From a virus, in the IMG/VR virus record IMGVR_UViG_3300042914_002215: DNA of 64,000 nucleotides. The stretch is one strand, 5' to 3'. This document shows, piece after piece, positions 30,357 through 40,433 of the stretch (position 1 is its first letter; the number at the start of each line of letters is the position of its first letter). The notes beneath the pieces were generated by a model. That model searched no databases, was not told where the DNA came from, and saw only the letters and a list, made by a program, of their open reading frames with translations. Position numbers and translations under genes: made by a program.

Positions 30357-31258
30357 TGTCTACAAACTTTTACTTCAACAATTTTCCAAGCAGACTTGCT
30401 GATGCTCCGATTACACCGGAGCAATTGCTTGTTGAAAACCTTGTTATTGAAGCCTTACAAATCTACGGACTTGATGTCTATTATTTGCCACGCACAACAC
30501 GTGATCAAGTAGACTATCTGTTTGGCGAAGATGTGCTCAAAGAGTATCGTACCGCACATGCGATTGAAATGTATCTTGAAAACGTCACTGGTTTTGATGG
30601 TGAACAAGACTTTATATCTAAATTTGGTTTAGAGATTCGTGATGAAGTTACGATGCTTGTCTCAAGACTAAGATTCAAATATACAGTCAACGGTTATACA
30701 CGACCACGTGAAGGTGATTTGATTTACATACCAATGACTACCAGTTTCTTTGAAATTACCAGTGTAGAATCAGAGAATGATCAGGCAATGTTTTACACAT
30801 TAGGTCGTGGTCGTGGTGGTAATGTATACGTATTTGCGTTGAAGATGAAACAGTTTTATTTCTCTAACGAGATTATTGAAACTGGTATTGATGATATTGA
30901 TAACAATATTCGTAATTACTATTCTAAAGTTCGCATTTCATTAGGCTCAGGTTTTGGTAAGTTCTTGAATGATGAGATTGTGTATCAAGGTTCATCATTA
31001 GCTAACGCAACAGCGCAAGCACTTGTGTATGACTTTCAACCAAATGCATACATTGATGTTTATCGTATGCAAGGCGATTTTACTACATCATCAAACGTAC
31101 ACGGTAACACAAGTTCCGCACAGTGGACAGTAATACTTGCATCTGATGCACCAACACAAAACAATGCATTTGAAGATATCATTGACAATGCACGTATTGA
31201 AGCAGCAAGTGATAATATTATCGACTTTACGGAAGTCAATCCGTTTGGAGAACCGTAA
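30356..31258 (+). CDS. gp14: neck protein gp14
   Basis: EQ.L.E.L.IE....YG.DVYYLPR, SKFGLEIRDE, RPREGDLIY.P, DF.E.NPFGE. Confidence 0.92.
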   Translation: MSTNFYFNNFPSRLADAPITPEQLLVENLVIEALQIYGLDVYYLPRTTRDQVDYLFGEDVLKEYRTAHAIEMYLENVTGFDGEQDFISKFGLEIRDEVTMLVSRLRFKYTVNGYTRPREGDLIYIPMTTSFFEITSVESENDQAMFYTLGRGRGGNVYVFALKMKQFYFSNEIIETGIDDIDNNIRNYYSKVRISLGSGFGKFLNDEIVYQGSSLANATAQALVYDFQPNAYIDVYRMQGDFTTSSNVHGNTSSAQWTVILASDAPTQNNAFEDIIDNARIEAASDNIIDFTEVNPFGEP

Positions 31259-32259
31259 TGTTAGGTAATGCACAATTTTATCACCGCACCATTCGTAAGA
31301 TGGTCGTCGTGTTTGGCACGATGTTCAATGATTTGGAAATTGTTCGTTATACTCAAGCGGGTTTACCAAAAGAAAAACTTAAAGTACCGTTGTCATATGG
31401 ACCAAAAGAAAGATATCTGACACAGATTACATCTGACCCAAATCTTATCAAGTCAGTCAACTCTGTTATACCAAGAATGTCATTCAATCTTGACAGTCTT
31501 GAGTATGATATGAGTCGTAAACAAATTTCTACTCTACAGAACTTTGCATCAGCAACAAATACCGGTGTCGCAACACAGTTTCTTCCTGTGCCGTATAACT
31601 TTGAGTTTAGTCTGTCAATCTATGTACGTAACACAGAAGATGGCACACAGATATTAGAACAGATTCTACCGTTCTTCACTCCGGATTTCAGTGTAGTGGT
31701 AGATTTTATTCCTACGATGAAGCAAAAGTACACTGTTCCTATTATACTCAATTCTGTTGCATCTACAGTTGAGTATGAGGGTGGTATGTCTGATGGTACG
31801 ACAAGAATTATTGTATGGGACTTGACATTTACTGCAAAGAGTTTCATCTGGCCACCTGTCAAGTCGGGCAAACTTATCAATGCCGCAAACACAAATATCA
31901 ACATTGATCTTACATCCAAAGAACTACAGAAAGTATATGTTGACTTTGCAAACGGCTCAAGCGTATTTACAACTGGCGAAACAATTCGTGACACAGCAAA
32001 TGGATTTATTGGCACAGTAGAATACTTTAGCAACACTGCCACAGGCACACTTGTTGTTACTGGTGGTAACAAATACATTGAAAGATACTATACACTTACG
32101 GGTGATTATTCTGGTGCGTCATATAACGTAGCAACACTTGACATCAATTCAGTCAATGCTGCTGCTGTGATTACAGAACCAGATCCAACATCTTCATTAC
32201 CAAATGCTAACTTTGGTTACATTGAAACAATTACAGAATGGCCTGATACATTATCATGA
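31258..32259 (+). CDS. gp15: tail terminator / sheath stabilizer gp15
   Basis: FYH.TIRK.VV.FG..FN, KVPL.YGPKE, QILEQILPFF.P. Confidence 0.92.
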   Translation: MLGNAQFYHRTIRKMVVVFGTMFNDLEIVRYTQAGLPKEKLKVPLSYGPKERYLTQITSDPNLIKSVNSVIPRMSFNLDSLEYDMSRKQISTLQNFASATNTGVATQFLPVPYNFEFSLSIYVRNTEDGTQILEQILPFFTPDFSVVVDFIPTMKQKYTVPIILNSVASTVEYEGGMSDGTTRIIVWDLTFTAKSFIWPPVKSGKLINAANTNINIDLTSKELQKVYVDFANGSSVFTTGETIRDTANGFIGTVEYFSNTATGTLVVTGGNKYIERYYTLTGDYSGASYNVATLDINSVNAAAVITEPDPTSSLPNANFGYIETITEWPDTLS

Positions 32260-32657
32260 AAAAACTAAATCAAAATTTATCTGAAATCTTTGACGTTGAA
32301 CCCATTGAAGAAAAACCGATAGAATCATTACCTGTTGTGATTGACGATTCTGTTAATCAAGTTGATGCTGATGCTGAATTTGCTCGTAGCAATATGCGTA
32401 CACTGATTACAAATGGTAACGATGCGTTAGAAAAATTGGCATATGTTGCTGATCAATCTGAATCACCACGTGCATACGAAGTCTTAGCCACAATGATGAA
32501 AAATCTGGCTGAGATGAACAAAGATTTGTTGGAACTTCAGAAAAGGAAAAGAGAGCTTGCACCCCAATCTGAATCCGCAAAAGGAGTCAACATAGATAAA
32601 GCAGTCTTTGTTGGCTCCACAACCGAATTACTGAAGATGATAAAGGCAAATAAATAA
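32256..32657 (+). CDS. gp16: terminase small subunit gp16
   Basis: SESPRAYEV, VFVGST.EL.K. Confidence 0.9.
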   Translation: MKKLNQNLSEIFDVEPIEEKPIESLPVVIDDSVNQVDADAEFARSNMRTLITNGNDALEKLAYVADQSESPRAYEVLATMMKNLAEMNKDLLELQKRKRELAPQSESAKGVNIDKAVFVGSTTELLKMIKANK

Positions 32658-32661
32658 AACT

Positions 32662-33096
32662 ATGGAACAACTAATAGAACAAATGAAAATCATACTTGGT
32701 ACAAACTTTGGTTTGTATTTCAAGGCACATACTTTTCACTGGAATGTGGAAGGACCCGACTTTGCTCAGTATCATGGATTCTTAGGTGACTTCTATGATT
32801 CGGTATTTGATCAAACTGATCCAATCGCAGAACACATTCGTGCATTGGGTTCATATGCACCAACAACACTTGCACGAATGATGGAACTATCCAAAGTGCA
32901 AGACTTAGTTGCTATACCTTCACCGCTTATCATGATGTCAGAACTTGCACAAGACAACGACAAGTACATCGTGGAACTACGTGCAGGTATCGCACTTGCA
33001 GATGCAGCAGATGAGCCTGCCGTCGGTAACTTCTTACAAGACATTCTTGACGCACATCAAAAGCATGGCTGGATGCTAAAGAGTTTCACACGATAA
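32662..33096 (+). CDS. dps: Dps-family ferritin-like DNA protection protein
   Basis: H.FHWNVEG..F...H..L...Y......D.IAE.IRALG ferroxidase signature; KH.WML end. Confidence 0.9.
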   Translation: MEQLIEQMKIILGTNFGLYFKAHTFHWNVEGPDFAQYHGFLGDFYDSVFDQTDPIAEHIRALGSYAPTTLARMMELSKVQDLVAIPSPLIMMSELAQDNDKYIVELRAGIALADAADEPAVGNFLQDILDAHQKHGWMLKSFTR

Positions 33097-33099
33097 ATT

Positions 33100-34731
33100 A
33101 TGGATGACGGGTATCTTGGTAATGCACGACTGAAGAAAGTCGGTGTTGAATTATCCCTAACAGAAGAACAAGTAAAAGAGTTTGCAAAGTGTGCCGAAGA
33201 TCCGGTATATTTTATTGCCAACTACGTAAAAATTGTCAACGTTGACCGTGGTCTTGTCCCATTTGATATGTGGGACTTTCAAAAAGAAATGGTCAAGACG
33301 TTTCATGAAAATAGATTCTGTATCGCAAAAATGCCACGACAGGTTGGTAAAACAACTACCACTGTCGGCTACATGTTATGGTCTGCTTTGTTCAACGAAG
33401 AGTTTGTTATTGGTATTTTGGCTAACAAACTTCAATTGGCACAAGACATTCTGGCTAAGATACAGAAAGCATACGAATATCTTCCACACTGGTTGCAGCA
33501 AGGGATTGTCAACTGGAACAAACGTTCTTTAGAACTGGAAAACGGTTCAAAGATTTATGCTTACGCTACGTCAGCAGCGGGTGTTCGAGGTGGTACGTAC
33601 AATCTAATCTTTCTTGATGAGTTCGCATTCGTGCCACATAATATGGCAGTTGATTTCTTTACGTCAACGTATCCTGTTATCTCATCTGGTAAGACATCAA
33701 AAGTAATTATTGTTTCTACACCGAACGGTCTAAATCTATTCTACAAAATGTGGATGGATGCATTAGAGGGACGTTCTCTTTATAAGACACTTGAAGTTCA
33801 CTGGTCAATGGTACCAGGTCGTGATGAAAAGTGGAAAGAAGAAACAATACGAAACACTTCTGAAGAACAGTTTCGTCAAGAGTTTGAGACTGAATTCATT
33901 GGTTCTTCAGCAACACTCATCTCTGGTGCCAAATTACGATCAATGGCATTTCGTGATCCGATGCGAATTGAAGATGATGGAAATCTCTTTATCTACGAAG
34001 ATCCACGCCCAGGACGTATCTATATTGCTACTGTAGACTGCTCGGAAGGTGTTGGACTAGACTATCATACCATCAATATGATTGACGCTACCGAAGCACC
34101 ATACAGACAAGTAGCCAGATACCGAAACAATAAGTTGCCATTATATTTTTTACCTACAATAATCTATTCACTGGTCAACCGTTACAATGAAGCGTATGTG
34201 TTGATTGAAACTAACAATGTCGGTCAGCAAGTAGTAGATATTCTACATTATGATCTGGAATATGAACACGTTTACAAGCTGGAACATCATCATATCAAAG
34301 GTCAAAGTATTTCTGCCGGCTTCAAACGCTCTGTTGGATTTGGTATCAAAACAACCAAATCGGTCAAGAAAATTGGTTGTGCTAACCTAAAAACTCTAAT
34401 TGAAAGTGATAAGTTGATCGTCAATGACTTTGATACTATTGCAGAACTGAACACTTTTGTGCGTAAAAAAGATACTTTCATGGCAGAAGAAGGCAACAAT
34501 GATGATATCGTTATGGGTCTGGTGCTTTATGCTTGGCTGACAGCACAGACTTTCTTCAAAGATGAAACACGAATTGATATCCGCAAGATTTTGTTAGAAG
34601 AACAGCAGTTGTTGGGTGAGGAAAGTGTTCTTCCGTTTGGTTTTATTGAGGATGGACTGCGCCGAGAAGTAGAGGTGGAAGATGGAGACATGTGGGAGCC
34701 TCCAGCTGGCTATTTATCATCAAGTTTGTAA
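33100..34731 (+). CDS. gp17: terminase large subunit gp17
   Basis: YLGN..LK, Walker A PRQVGKTT, Walker B IFLDEFAF, STPNG.N.FY, nuclease NDD.VM. Confidence 0.96.
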   Translation: MDDGYLGNARLKKVGVELSLTEEQVKEFAKCAEDPVYFIANYVKIVNVDRGLVPFDMWDFQKEMVKTFHENRFCIAKMPRQVGKTTTTVGYMLWSALFNEEFVIGILANKLQLAQDILAKIQKAYEYLPHWLQQGIVNWNKRSLELENGSKIYAYATSAAGVRGGTYNLIFLDEFAFVPHNMAVDFFTSTYPVISSGKTSKVIIVSTPNGLNLFYKMWMDALEGRSLYKTLEVHWSMVPGRDEKWKEETIRNTSEEQFRQEFETEFIGSSATLISGAKLRSMAFRDPMRIEDDGNLFIYEDPRPGRIYIATVDCSEGVGLDYHTINMIDATEAPYRQVARYRNNKLPLYFLPTIIYSLVNRYNEAYVLIETNNVGQQVVDILHYDLEYEHVYKLEHHHIKGQSISAGFKRSVGFGIKTTKSVKKIGCANLKTLIESDKLIVNDFDTIAELNTFVRKKDTFMAEEGNNDDIVMGLVLYAWLTAQTFFKDETRIDIRKILLEEQQLLGEESVLPFGFIEDGLRREVEVEDGDMWEPPAGYLSSSL

Positions 34732-34734
34732 AAA

Positions 34735-34742
34735 ACTAAATA
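34735..34742 (+). promoter_or_regulatory. probable late promoter variant ACTAAATA upstream of gp18
   Basis: Lies upstream of gene 18, where a late promoter is expected. Confidence 0.55.
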
Positions 34743-34786
34743 GACAATAAAAAGAAAATTGACCCAACAATAAAAGGAGAAATCCA

Positions 34787-36478
34787 ATGGCATTTCAATT
34801 ATCACCAGGAGTAAACGTATCAGAGATTGATCTGACTACAGTTATTCCTTCAGTGGCCACTTCTACTGGCGCATTCGTAGGACCTTTTGCTTGGGGACCA
34901 ATTGGTGAAGTAACTACTATTTCCGATGAAGTTCGTCTTGTGAACACATTCGGCAAACCAGATAGCGATAATTATGAATATTGGTTCTCTGCTGCGAACT
35001 TCCTGGCTTACGGAAATAATCTAAAAATCGTTCGTACTCAAGGCGTCGGCGCATTAAATGCAACATCGAACGGCACAGGTTTACTAATCAAAAATGAAGA
35101 TGATTACAATGACAACCATTCAAGCTATGCTGCTGGTGCATACGGTGATACAGGTGGTTGGGCAGCACGTTATGCTGGTTCATTAGGTAATAGTCTAAGA
35201 GTTTCTATGGCAGATGCAAACACATGGAATGTGTGGACATATGCATCACAGTTTAGTGCAACACCAAATACATCATCATACGTAGCAAGCCGTGGCGGTG
35301 CTAACGACGAAGTTCATATTGTTGTTGTTGACGAAGATGGTCTGTGGACAGGTACATCTGGCACAGTCTTAGAAAAATACGCATTTGTTTCTAAAGCATC
35401 TGATGCTAAAGATGACAGCGGCAATTCAAACTATTATAAAGATGTTGTTAATAAACAGTCACAGTATATTTGGTCACTGTCACATCCAACTAATCTAGGT
35501 ACTGGTACTGCATGGGGATCAGTTGCTAATACATCTGCATTCAAATTGTTTACAAGTAACTCTGCTAACTCATTGTCAGCAGGTACAGTAGGTACATCAG
35601 GCACAGCAAACGTTACAACAGGTTGGGATTCATTTAAGAATGCTGAATCTGTAGATGTATCATTACTCGTAACTGGTACAGGTAATAGCACGGTTGCTTC
35701 ATATGTTATCAGCAACATTGCAGAATCACGTAAAGATTGCGTAGCGTTTATCTCTCCAGAAAAAGCAGACTGTGTTGACAATGCAGGCAATGAAGTTACA
35801 GATATCAAAGCATTCCGTAATGGTCTGACTTCATCTTCTTATGCATTCTTAGACTCAGGTTACAAATATCAGTACGACAAATACTCAGATGTTTATCGTT
35901 GGATTCCTCTGAACGGTGACATTGCGGGTCTGTGTGTACGTACCGACAACGAACGTGATCCTTGGTTCTCACCTGGCGGTTTCAATCGTGGTCAAATCAA
36001 GAACGTAATCAAACTTTCATGGAATCCAACAAAAGCAAATCGTGATGATCTGTACCAAGTTGGTGTAAACCCTGTCGTTTCGTTCCCAGGTGAAGGCACA
36101 GTTCTGTACGGAGATAAAACTCTGTTGAGCAAGCCAAGTGCATTTGATCGTATCAATGTACGCCGTCTGTTCATCACACTTGAGAAAGCAATCTCACGTG
36201 CAGCACGTTTCTCACTGTTTGAATTCAATGATCAGTTCACACGTGCTCAGTTTGTTGCTCTAGTTGAGCCATTCCTGCGTGACGTTCAAGGTCGCCGTGG
36301 TATCACTGACTTCCGTGTAGTCTGCGATGACACAAACAACACAGGAGAAGTTATTGACCGTAATGAATTTGTTGGTGACATTTACATTAAACCTGCTCGT
36401 TCTATCAACTTTATTCAACTTAACTTTGTTGCAGTACGCACAGGTGTAAGTTTCAATGAAGTTGTAGGTGCAGCTTAA
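34787..36478 (+). CDS. gp18: tail sheath protein gp18
   Basis: SPGV.VSEIDLT, F.WGP, PWFSP.G.NRG, FDRINVRRLF, IKPARSINFI.LNFVA. Confidence 0.96.
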   Translation: MAFQLSPGVNVSEIDLTTVIPSVATSTGAFVGPFAWGPIGEVTTISDEVRLVNTFGKPDSDNYEYWFSAANFLAYGNNLKIVRTQGVGALNATSNGTGLLIKNEDDYNDNHSSYAAGAYGDTGGWAARYAGSLGNSLRVSMADANTWNVWTYASQFSATPNTSSYVASRGGANDEVHIVVVDEDGLWTGTSGTVLEKYAFVSKASDAKDDSGNSNYYKDVVNKQSQYIWSLSHPTNLGTGTAWGSVANTSAFKLFTSNSANSLSAGTVGTSGTANVTTGWDSFKNAESVDVSLLVTGTGNSTVASYVISNIAESRKDCVAFISPEKADCVDNAGNEVTDIKAFRNGLTSSSYAFLDSGYKYQYDKYSDVYRWIPLNGDIAGLCVRTDNERDPWFSPGGFNRGQIKNVIKLSWNPTKANRDDLYQVGVNPVVSFPGEGTVLYGDKTLLSKPSAFDRINVRRLFITLEKAISRAARFSLFEFNDQFTRAQFVALVEPFLRDVQGRRGITDFRVVCDDTNNTGEVIDRNEFVGDIYIKPARSINFIQLNFVAVRTGVSFNEVVGAA

Positions 36479-36502
36479 ATAAGAGAAACAGGAGAAAATT
36501 AA

Positions 36503-37048
36503 ATGGCATTTAACGTAAATCAGTTCCGTTCACAATTACAAGGTGACGGTGCCCGCCCAAATCTATTTGAGGTAAGTATGCCGTTTCCTGCGTTCTCACT
36601 GCCAGGAAACGCACAAACAAAAATGACGTTCATGTGTAAGACAGCACAACTTCCAGGTTCAACTCTGGGCGTTGTGCCTGTTCAATACTTTGGTCGTGAA
36701 TTGAAGTTTGTGGGCAATCGTACTTTTGCTGATTGGACAGTAACAATTATCAACGATGAAGATTTTGTTGTACGTAACGCATTTGAGCGTTGGATGAATG
36801 GTATCAATAGCCATAATCTGAACGTTCGTAATCCAGTTGCAGGTACACCACTAGGCTATACAGTTGATGGTGAAGTTACTCAGTTCGGTAAAGCAGGTAA
36901 CAACATCAAGAAATATAAGTTTGTAGGTATGTTCCCATCTGACATCACTCCAATTGATGTTGATTGGGGATCAAATGATACGATTGAAGAGTTTTCTGTA
37001 ACACTTACCTACCAGTGGTGGGAAGCAGTTGCAGATGGTGTGATCTAA
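36503..37048 (+). CDS. gp19: tail tube protein gp19
   Basis: GARPNLFEV, GR.LK..G.RTF.DW.VT..NDEDF, IEEF.VT..YQ.W. Confidence 0.95.
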   Translation: MAFNVNQFRSQLQGDGARPNLFEVSMPFPAFSLPGNAQTKMTFMCKTAQLPGSTLGVVPVQYFGRELKFVGNRTFADWTVTIINDEDFVVRNAFERWMNGINSHNLNVRNPVAGTPLGYTVDGEVTQFGKAGNNIKKYKFVGMFPSDITPIDVDWGSNDTIEEFSVTLTYQWWEAVADGVI

Positions 37049-37049
37049 G

Positions 37050-37076
37050 AGTAAGGGTGTTTTACCCTTACTTTTT
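37050..37076 (+). terminator. intrinsic terminator after gp19
   Basis: AGTAAGGGT-GTTTT-ACCCTTACT hairpin plus T-tract. Confidence 0.75.
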
Positions 37077-37094
37077 AATTTAGGATGATATTTA

Positions 37095-38765
37095 ATGGCA
37101 ATTAAACTATTTGGTTTCACATTTGGTGGAAGGGATGTCGTTAAGGCTGAGAAGCCCGAACAGGCATCCTTTACACTGCCTTCTGCTGCACAGTTGGATG
37201 ATGGTGCAGTTACAGTCACGCAGAATGCCTACTACGGCACCTATGTTGACTTAGAAGGTTCAGTTCGCAATGAGATTGAACTCATCACACGATATCGTGA
37301 AATGTCCAATCATCCAGAATGTCAAATGGCAATTGATGAAATTGTCAATGAAGCCATCACACATGATGATCAAGGCAAAGTTGTTGACATCGTTCTTGAT
37401 AATTTGAAACAACCAGAATCAATTAAGAAAAAGATTATAGAAGAATTCAATAACGTTCAGAGAATGTTGAACTTTAATAATCTTGCTGACGATTTGTTCA
37501 AGCGTTGGTACATTGATGGTCGTATGTTTTATCATGTGATAGTAAACGACAAGAATCCAAAAGAAGGTATTCAAGAACTTAGATACATCGATCCACGTAA
37601 GATTCGTAAAGTACGTGAGATCAAAAAAGATCGTGATCCTAAGACAGGTGCAATGATCATCGTGTCGGTTGCTGAATACTACGTTTACAATGATCGTGGT
37701 ACAACAACACAAACATTTACAGCAAATGTAGGTCAAGGTCTCCGTATTGCACCAGACTCAATCATCAATGTGAATTCTGGTTTGATGGATGCTAAGAATA
37801 CATTTGTCATTTCATATTTACATAAAGCAATCAAGCCTCTCAATCAACTTAGAATGATTGAAGATGCGATTGTTATCTATCGTATTTCACGTGCACCTGA
37901 ACGCCGCATATTTTACATTGATGTAGGTAACTTACCACGTGGCAAAGCAGAACAATATCTACGTGACATCATGATCAAGTATCGTAATAAACTTGTCTAT
38001 GATGCCAACACAGGTGAGATTCGTGACGAGCGTAAGCATATGTCCATGTTAGAGGACTTCTGGCTACCACGCCGTGAAGGCGGTAAAGGTACAGAGATTA
38101 CAACTCTACCAGCAGGACAAAATCTTGGTGAACTAGAAGATGTAAAGTATTTCCAAAAGAAATTACTTCAATCTCTAAACGTGCCTTATTCACGCCTTGA
38201 ATCACAAGAAGGTGGTTTAGCAGGTCTTGGTCGTTCACAAGAAGTTACACGTGATGAACTGAAGTTTGCCAAGTTCGTTATTCGTCTGCGTAATAAGTTC
38301 TCACAAGTGTTTGATGATGCATTGAGAATTCAATTGACACTCAAAGGTATCTGCACACGTGAAGAGTGGGATGAGTTCAAAGAGAATATTTACTACGACT
38401 TCCGTAAAGACAATAACTTTACCGAGTTGCGTGAGGCAGAGTTACTACAAAACAGATTGCAAATGGTGCAGTTGGTTGATCCATTCGTTGGTCGTTATTT
38501 CTCCAATCATTACGTTCAGAATAAGATTCTTATGATGACTGATGAAGAGATTGAAGCAATGCAAAAACAGATTCAGGAAGAGAAAGAAACTTTGCCTGAT
38601 GACATGCAAGGTCCTGTATTGGGTGGTCCACCACAAGGTGCAGAACCACAAGCAGAGCCAGAAGATAACACGGTAGAAAATGCCGAAGAGCCTGAGTCAT
38701 TGACACCTCAACTTGACGATGAGGTAAACAGAGCGGTTGTCAACATAAATAATAGACGCAGATAA
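37095..38765 (+). CDS. gp20: portal protein gp20
   Basis: YR.M...PE...AIDEIVNEAI, RAPERRIFYIDVGNLP..KAEQY, EDFWLPRREGGKGTEITTLP. Confidence 0.97.
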   Translation: MAIKLFGFTFGGRDVVKAEKPEQASFTLPSAAQLDDGAVTVTQNAYYGTYVDLEGSVRNEIELITRYREMSNHPECQMAIDEIVNEAITHDDQGKVVDIVLDNLKQPESIKKKIIEEFNNVQRMLNFNNLADDLFKRWYIDGRMFYHVIVNDKNPKEGIQELRYIDPRKIRKVREIKKDRDPKTGAMIIVSVAEYYVYNDRGTTTQTFTANVGQGLRIAPDSIINVNSGLMDAKNTFVISYLHKAIKPLNQLRMIEDAIVIYRISRAPERRIFYIDVGNLPRGKAEQYLRDIMIKYRNKLVYDANTGEIRDERKHMSMLEDFWLPRREGGKGTEITTLPAGQNLGELEDVKYFQKKLLQSLNVPYSRLESQEGGLAGLGRSQEVTRDELKFAKFVIRLRNKFSQVFDDALRIQLTLKGICTREEWDEFKENIYYDFRKDNNFTELREAELLQNRLQMVQLVDPFVGRYFSNHYVQNKILMMTDEEIEAMQKQIQEEKETLPDDMQGPVLGGPPQGAEPQAEPEDNTVENAEEPESLTPQLDDEVNRAVVNINNRRR

Positions 38766-38776
38766 GAAAGGTTATT

Positions 38777-38983
38777 ATGGATATCAAAGATATTATCAAC
38801 AATATTGCTGCTGGTGATAACATTGCAGCAAAAGAAGGTATAGAAAATGTTTTATCAGCCAAAGCGTTCGATGCGCTCCAAGGTCGCAAGCAAGAAATCG
38901 CTACAACTCTTTTTGGCGGGAAAGAGCAAGAGTCAGAAGAAGTTACAGGCGATGAAGAAAGCGAAGAAGCAACAGAAGAATGA
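38777..38983 (+). CDS. small acidic prohead core protein (gp67-like)
   Basis: Directly after gp20; acidic tail. Confidence 0.6.
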   Translation: MDIKDIINNIAAGDNIAAKEGIENVLSAKAFDALQGRKQEIATTLFGGKEQESEEVTGDEESEEATEE

Positions 38984-39639
38984 AATCATTACTTGAGTTC
39001 AAATCTATTGTAGAAGAAGAGAAGTCAGACTACTCTAAGTTTGACGCACTTGTTCGTGCAGGATTGGCAAACAAGGCACAGTTGAGTCGTATTCATAAAA
39101 TCTTAGATAAGATGGGTGAAGAACGTCCTGTGTTCAATAATGCTGACCGTGAAATCATGCGTAATCTATTCAATCGCATGGTAGATTTAGTTTCAAGTAA
39201 ACAGATGTTTACCAAAACAAAACAAGCAATACGTGAAGAAGTGGAACTGAATGAAGGTCCAATGGATACACCATTAGTTCCAGATCCACCGGTAATATTG
39301 GTAATCAAACGTAAAGCAGTAAGATTGTATCCAGATGGCACCCGTATTGCTCTGTATTGGAGTGATAAGATAAAAAGAGTTTTCAGTTTGCCATATGGTC
39401 CTGCTGTTCAGCCAGTGATTCAAGCAGAAGAATATGTGCAAGAATTGATGGAGTCTGAAGAGTTATTACTAAATGACGGTAATAAAATTACTCTATCTGA
39501 AGAATCAAAACAACAAATTATAAACACATACGAACAGTTAGACGAAGAAAGCAAAGATTACTTCTGGCAGCAACTAACTGAATCGGTATCAACATTTGGA
39601 AAACTGTATGAATTTTGTAGACTTAATTCTGCAAAATAA
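38980..39639 (+). CDS. hypothetical head-cluster protein
   Basis: ATGA overlap; DPP.ILVIKRKAVR.YPDG.RIALY; Glu-rich. Confidence 0.55.
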   Translation: MKSLLEFKSIVEEEKSDYSKFDALVRAGLANKAQLSRIHKILDKMGEERPVFNNADREIMRNLFNRMVDLVSSKQMFTKTKQAIREEVELNEGPMDTPLVPDPPVILVIKRKAVRLYPDGTRIALYWSDKIKRVFSLPYGPAVQPVIQAEEYVQELMESEELLLNDGNKITLSEESKQQIINTYEQLDEESKDYFWQQLTESVSTFGKLYEFCRLNSAK

Positions 39640-40069
39640 ATTAGACGAAGCCAAAGAACTTATCTTTGCACGTTTAGACGAGATTGCTTCTGTTCGTATG
39701 GAAGAAGCGAAACCATATATTGTTGATGCGATGTATGAAGAGATTGAAGTTGACGAAGAAGTATTAGAAGAAGCAGCTAAGAAACGCAATCCAAACATTC
39801 AGAAGATGGGTCGTATTACAAAAATACGTCGCCGTATTCGTCGTAATAAAAAAGGTAGAATTATAGTTCAGCGCAATGTTAAGAAATCTGGACTTAAAGG
39901 TTATAGAATTTCTGGTAGCACAGTCAAACGTATACCAGCAACAGTAAGATTACGCAAAGCACGTTTATTAAAACGTTCTTGGAAAACAACTAGAAAAAGT
40001 AAACTAAGACGTACATTGATGAAGAGAAAAATGTCAATGCGCCGTCGTAAAGCTATGGGACTAAAATAA
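39608..40069 (+). CDS. prohead core-like protein with Arg/Lys-rich C-terminal half (gp68-position)
   Basis: Acidic N-half, strongly basic C-half; start probably ATG 39608 rather than 39596. Confidence 0.55.
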   Translation: MNFVDLILQNKLDEAKELIFARLDEIASVRMEEAKPYIVDAMYEEIEVDEEVLEEAAKKRNPNIQKMGRITKIRRRIRRNKKGRIIVQRNVKKSGLKGYRISGSTVKRIPATVRLRKARLLKRSWKTTRKSKLRRTLMKRKMSMRRRKAMGLK

Positions 40070-40070
40070 A

Positions 40071-40433
40071 ATGCCATTTGAAATTACCAATACTCTAAGA
40101 GGATCGTCAATTGTACGAGCAGTCGATCCTGGTACATATACAATCACTCTCAATAGTTTAAGAGCAAATACTACAACCGAGACTGTTACTGCTGCTGACA
40201 TCAAACATGTTTTGTGGTCAACAAACGGTAATATTCGTATCACAAGAAACGGTGTTCCTTTGTTAGCACTTCAAAATGGTGGTGACATGGATTTTGATTC
40301 GTATGGATATTCGGTTGCAAATAATAACACTCAAAGCATTGTAATTGAAATCAATACTGGCGGAACAATTATTTTACATCTTGCCAAGTATGCAACATAC
40401 AATGTTGATCCATATACAGGAGTAGCAATCTAA
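40071..40433 (+). CDS. hypothetical head-cluster protein
   Basis: Tightly coupled (TAATG) to gp21. Confidence 0.55.
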   Translation: MPFEITNTLRGSSIVRAVDPGTYTITLNSLRANTTTETVTAADIKHVLWSTNGNIRITRNGVPLLALQNGGDMDFDSYGYSVANNNTQSIVIEINTGGTIILHLAKYATYNVDPYTGVAI

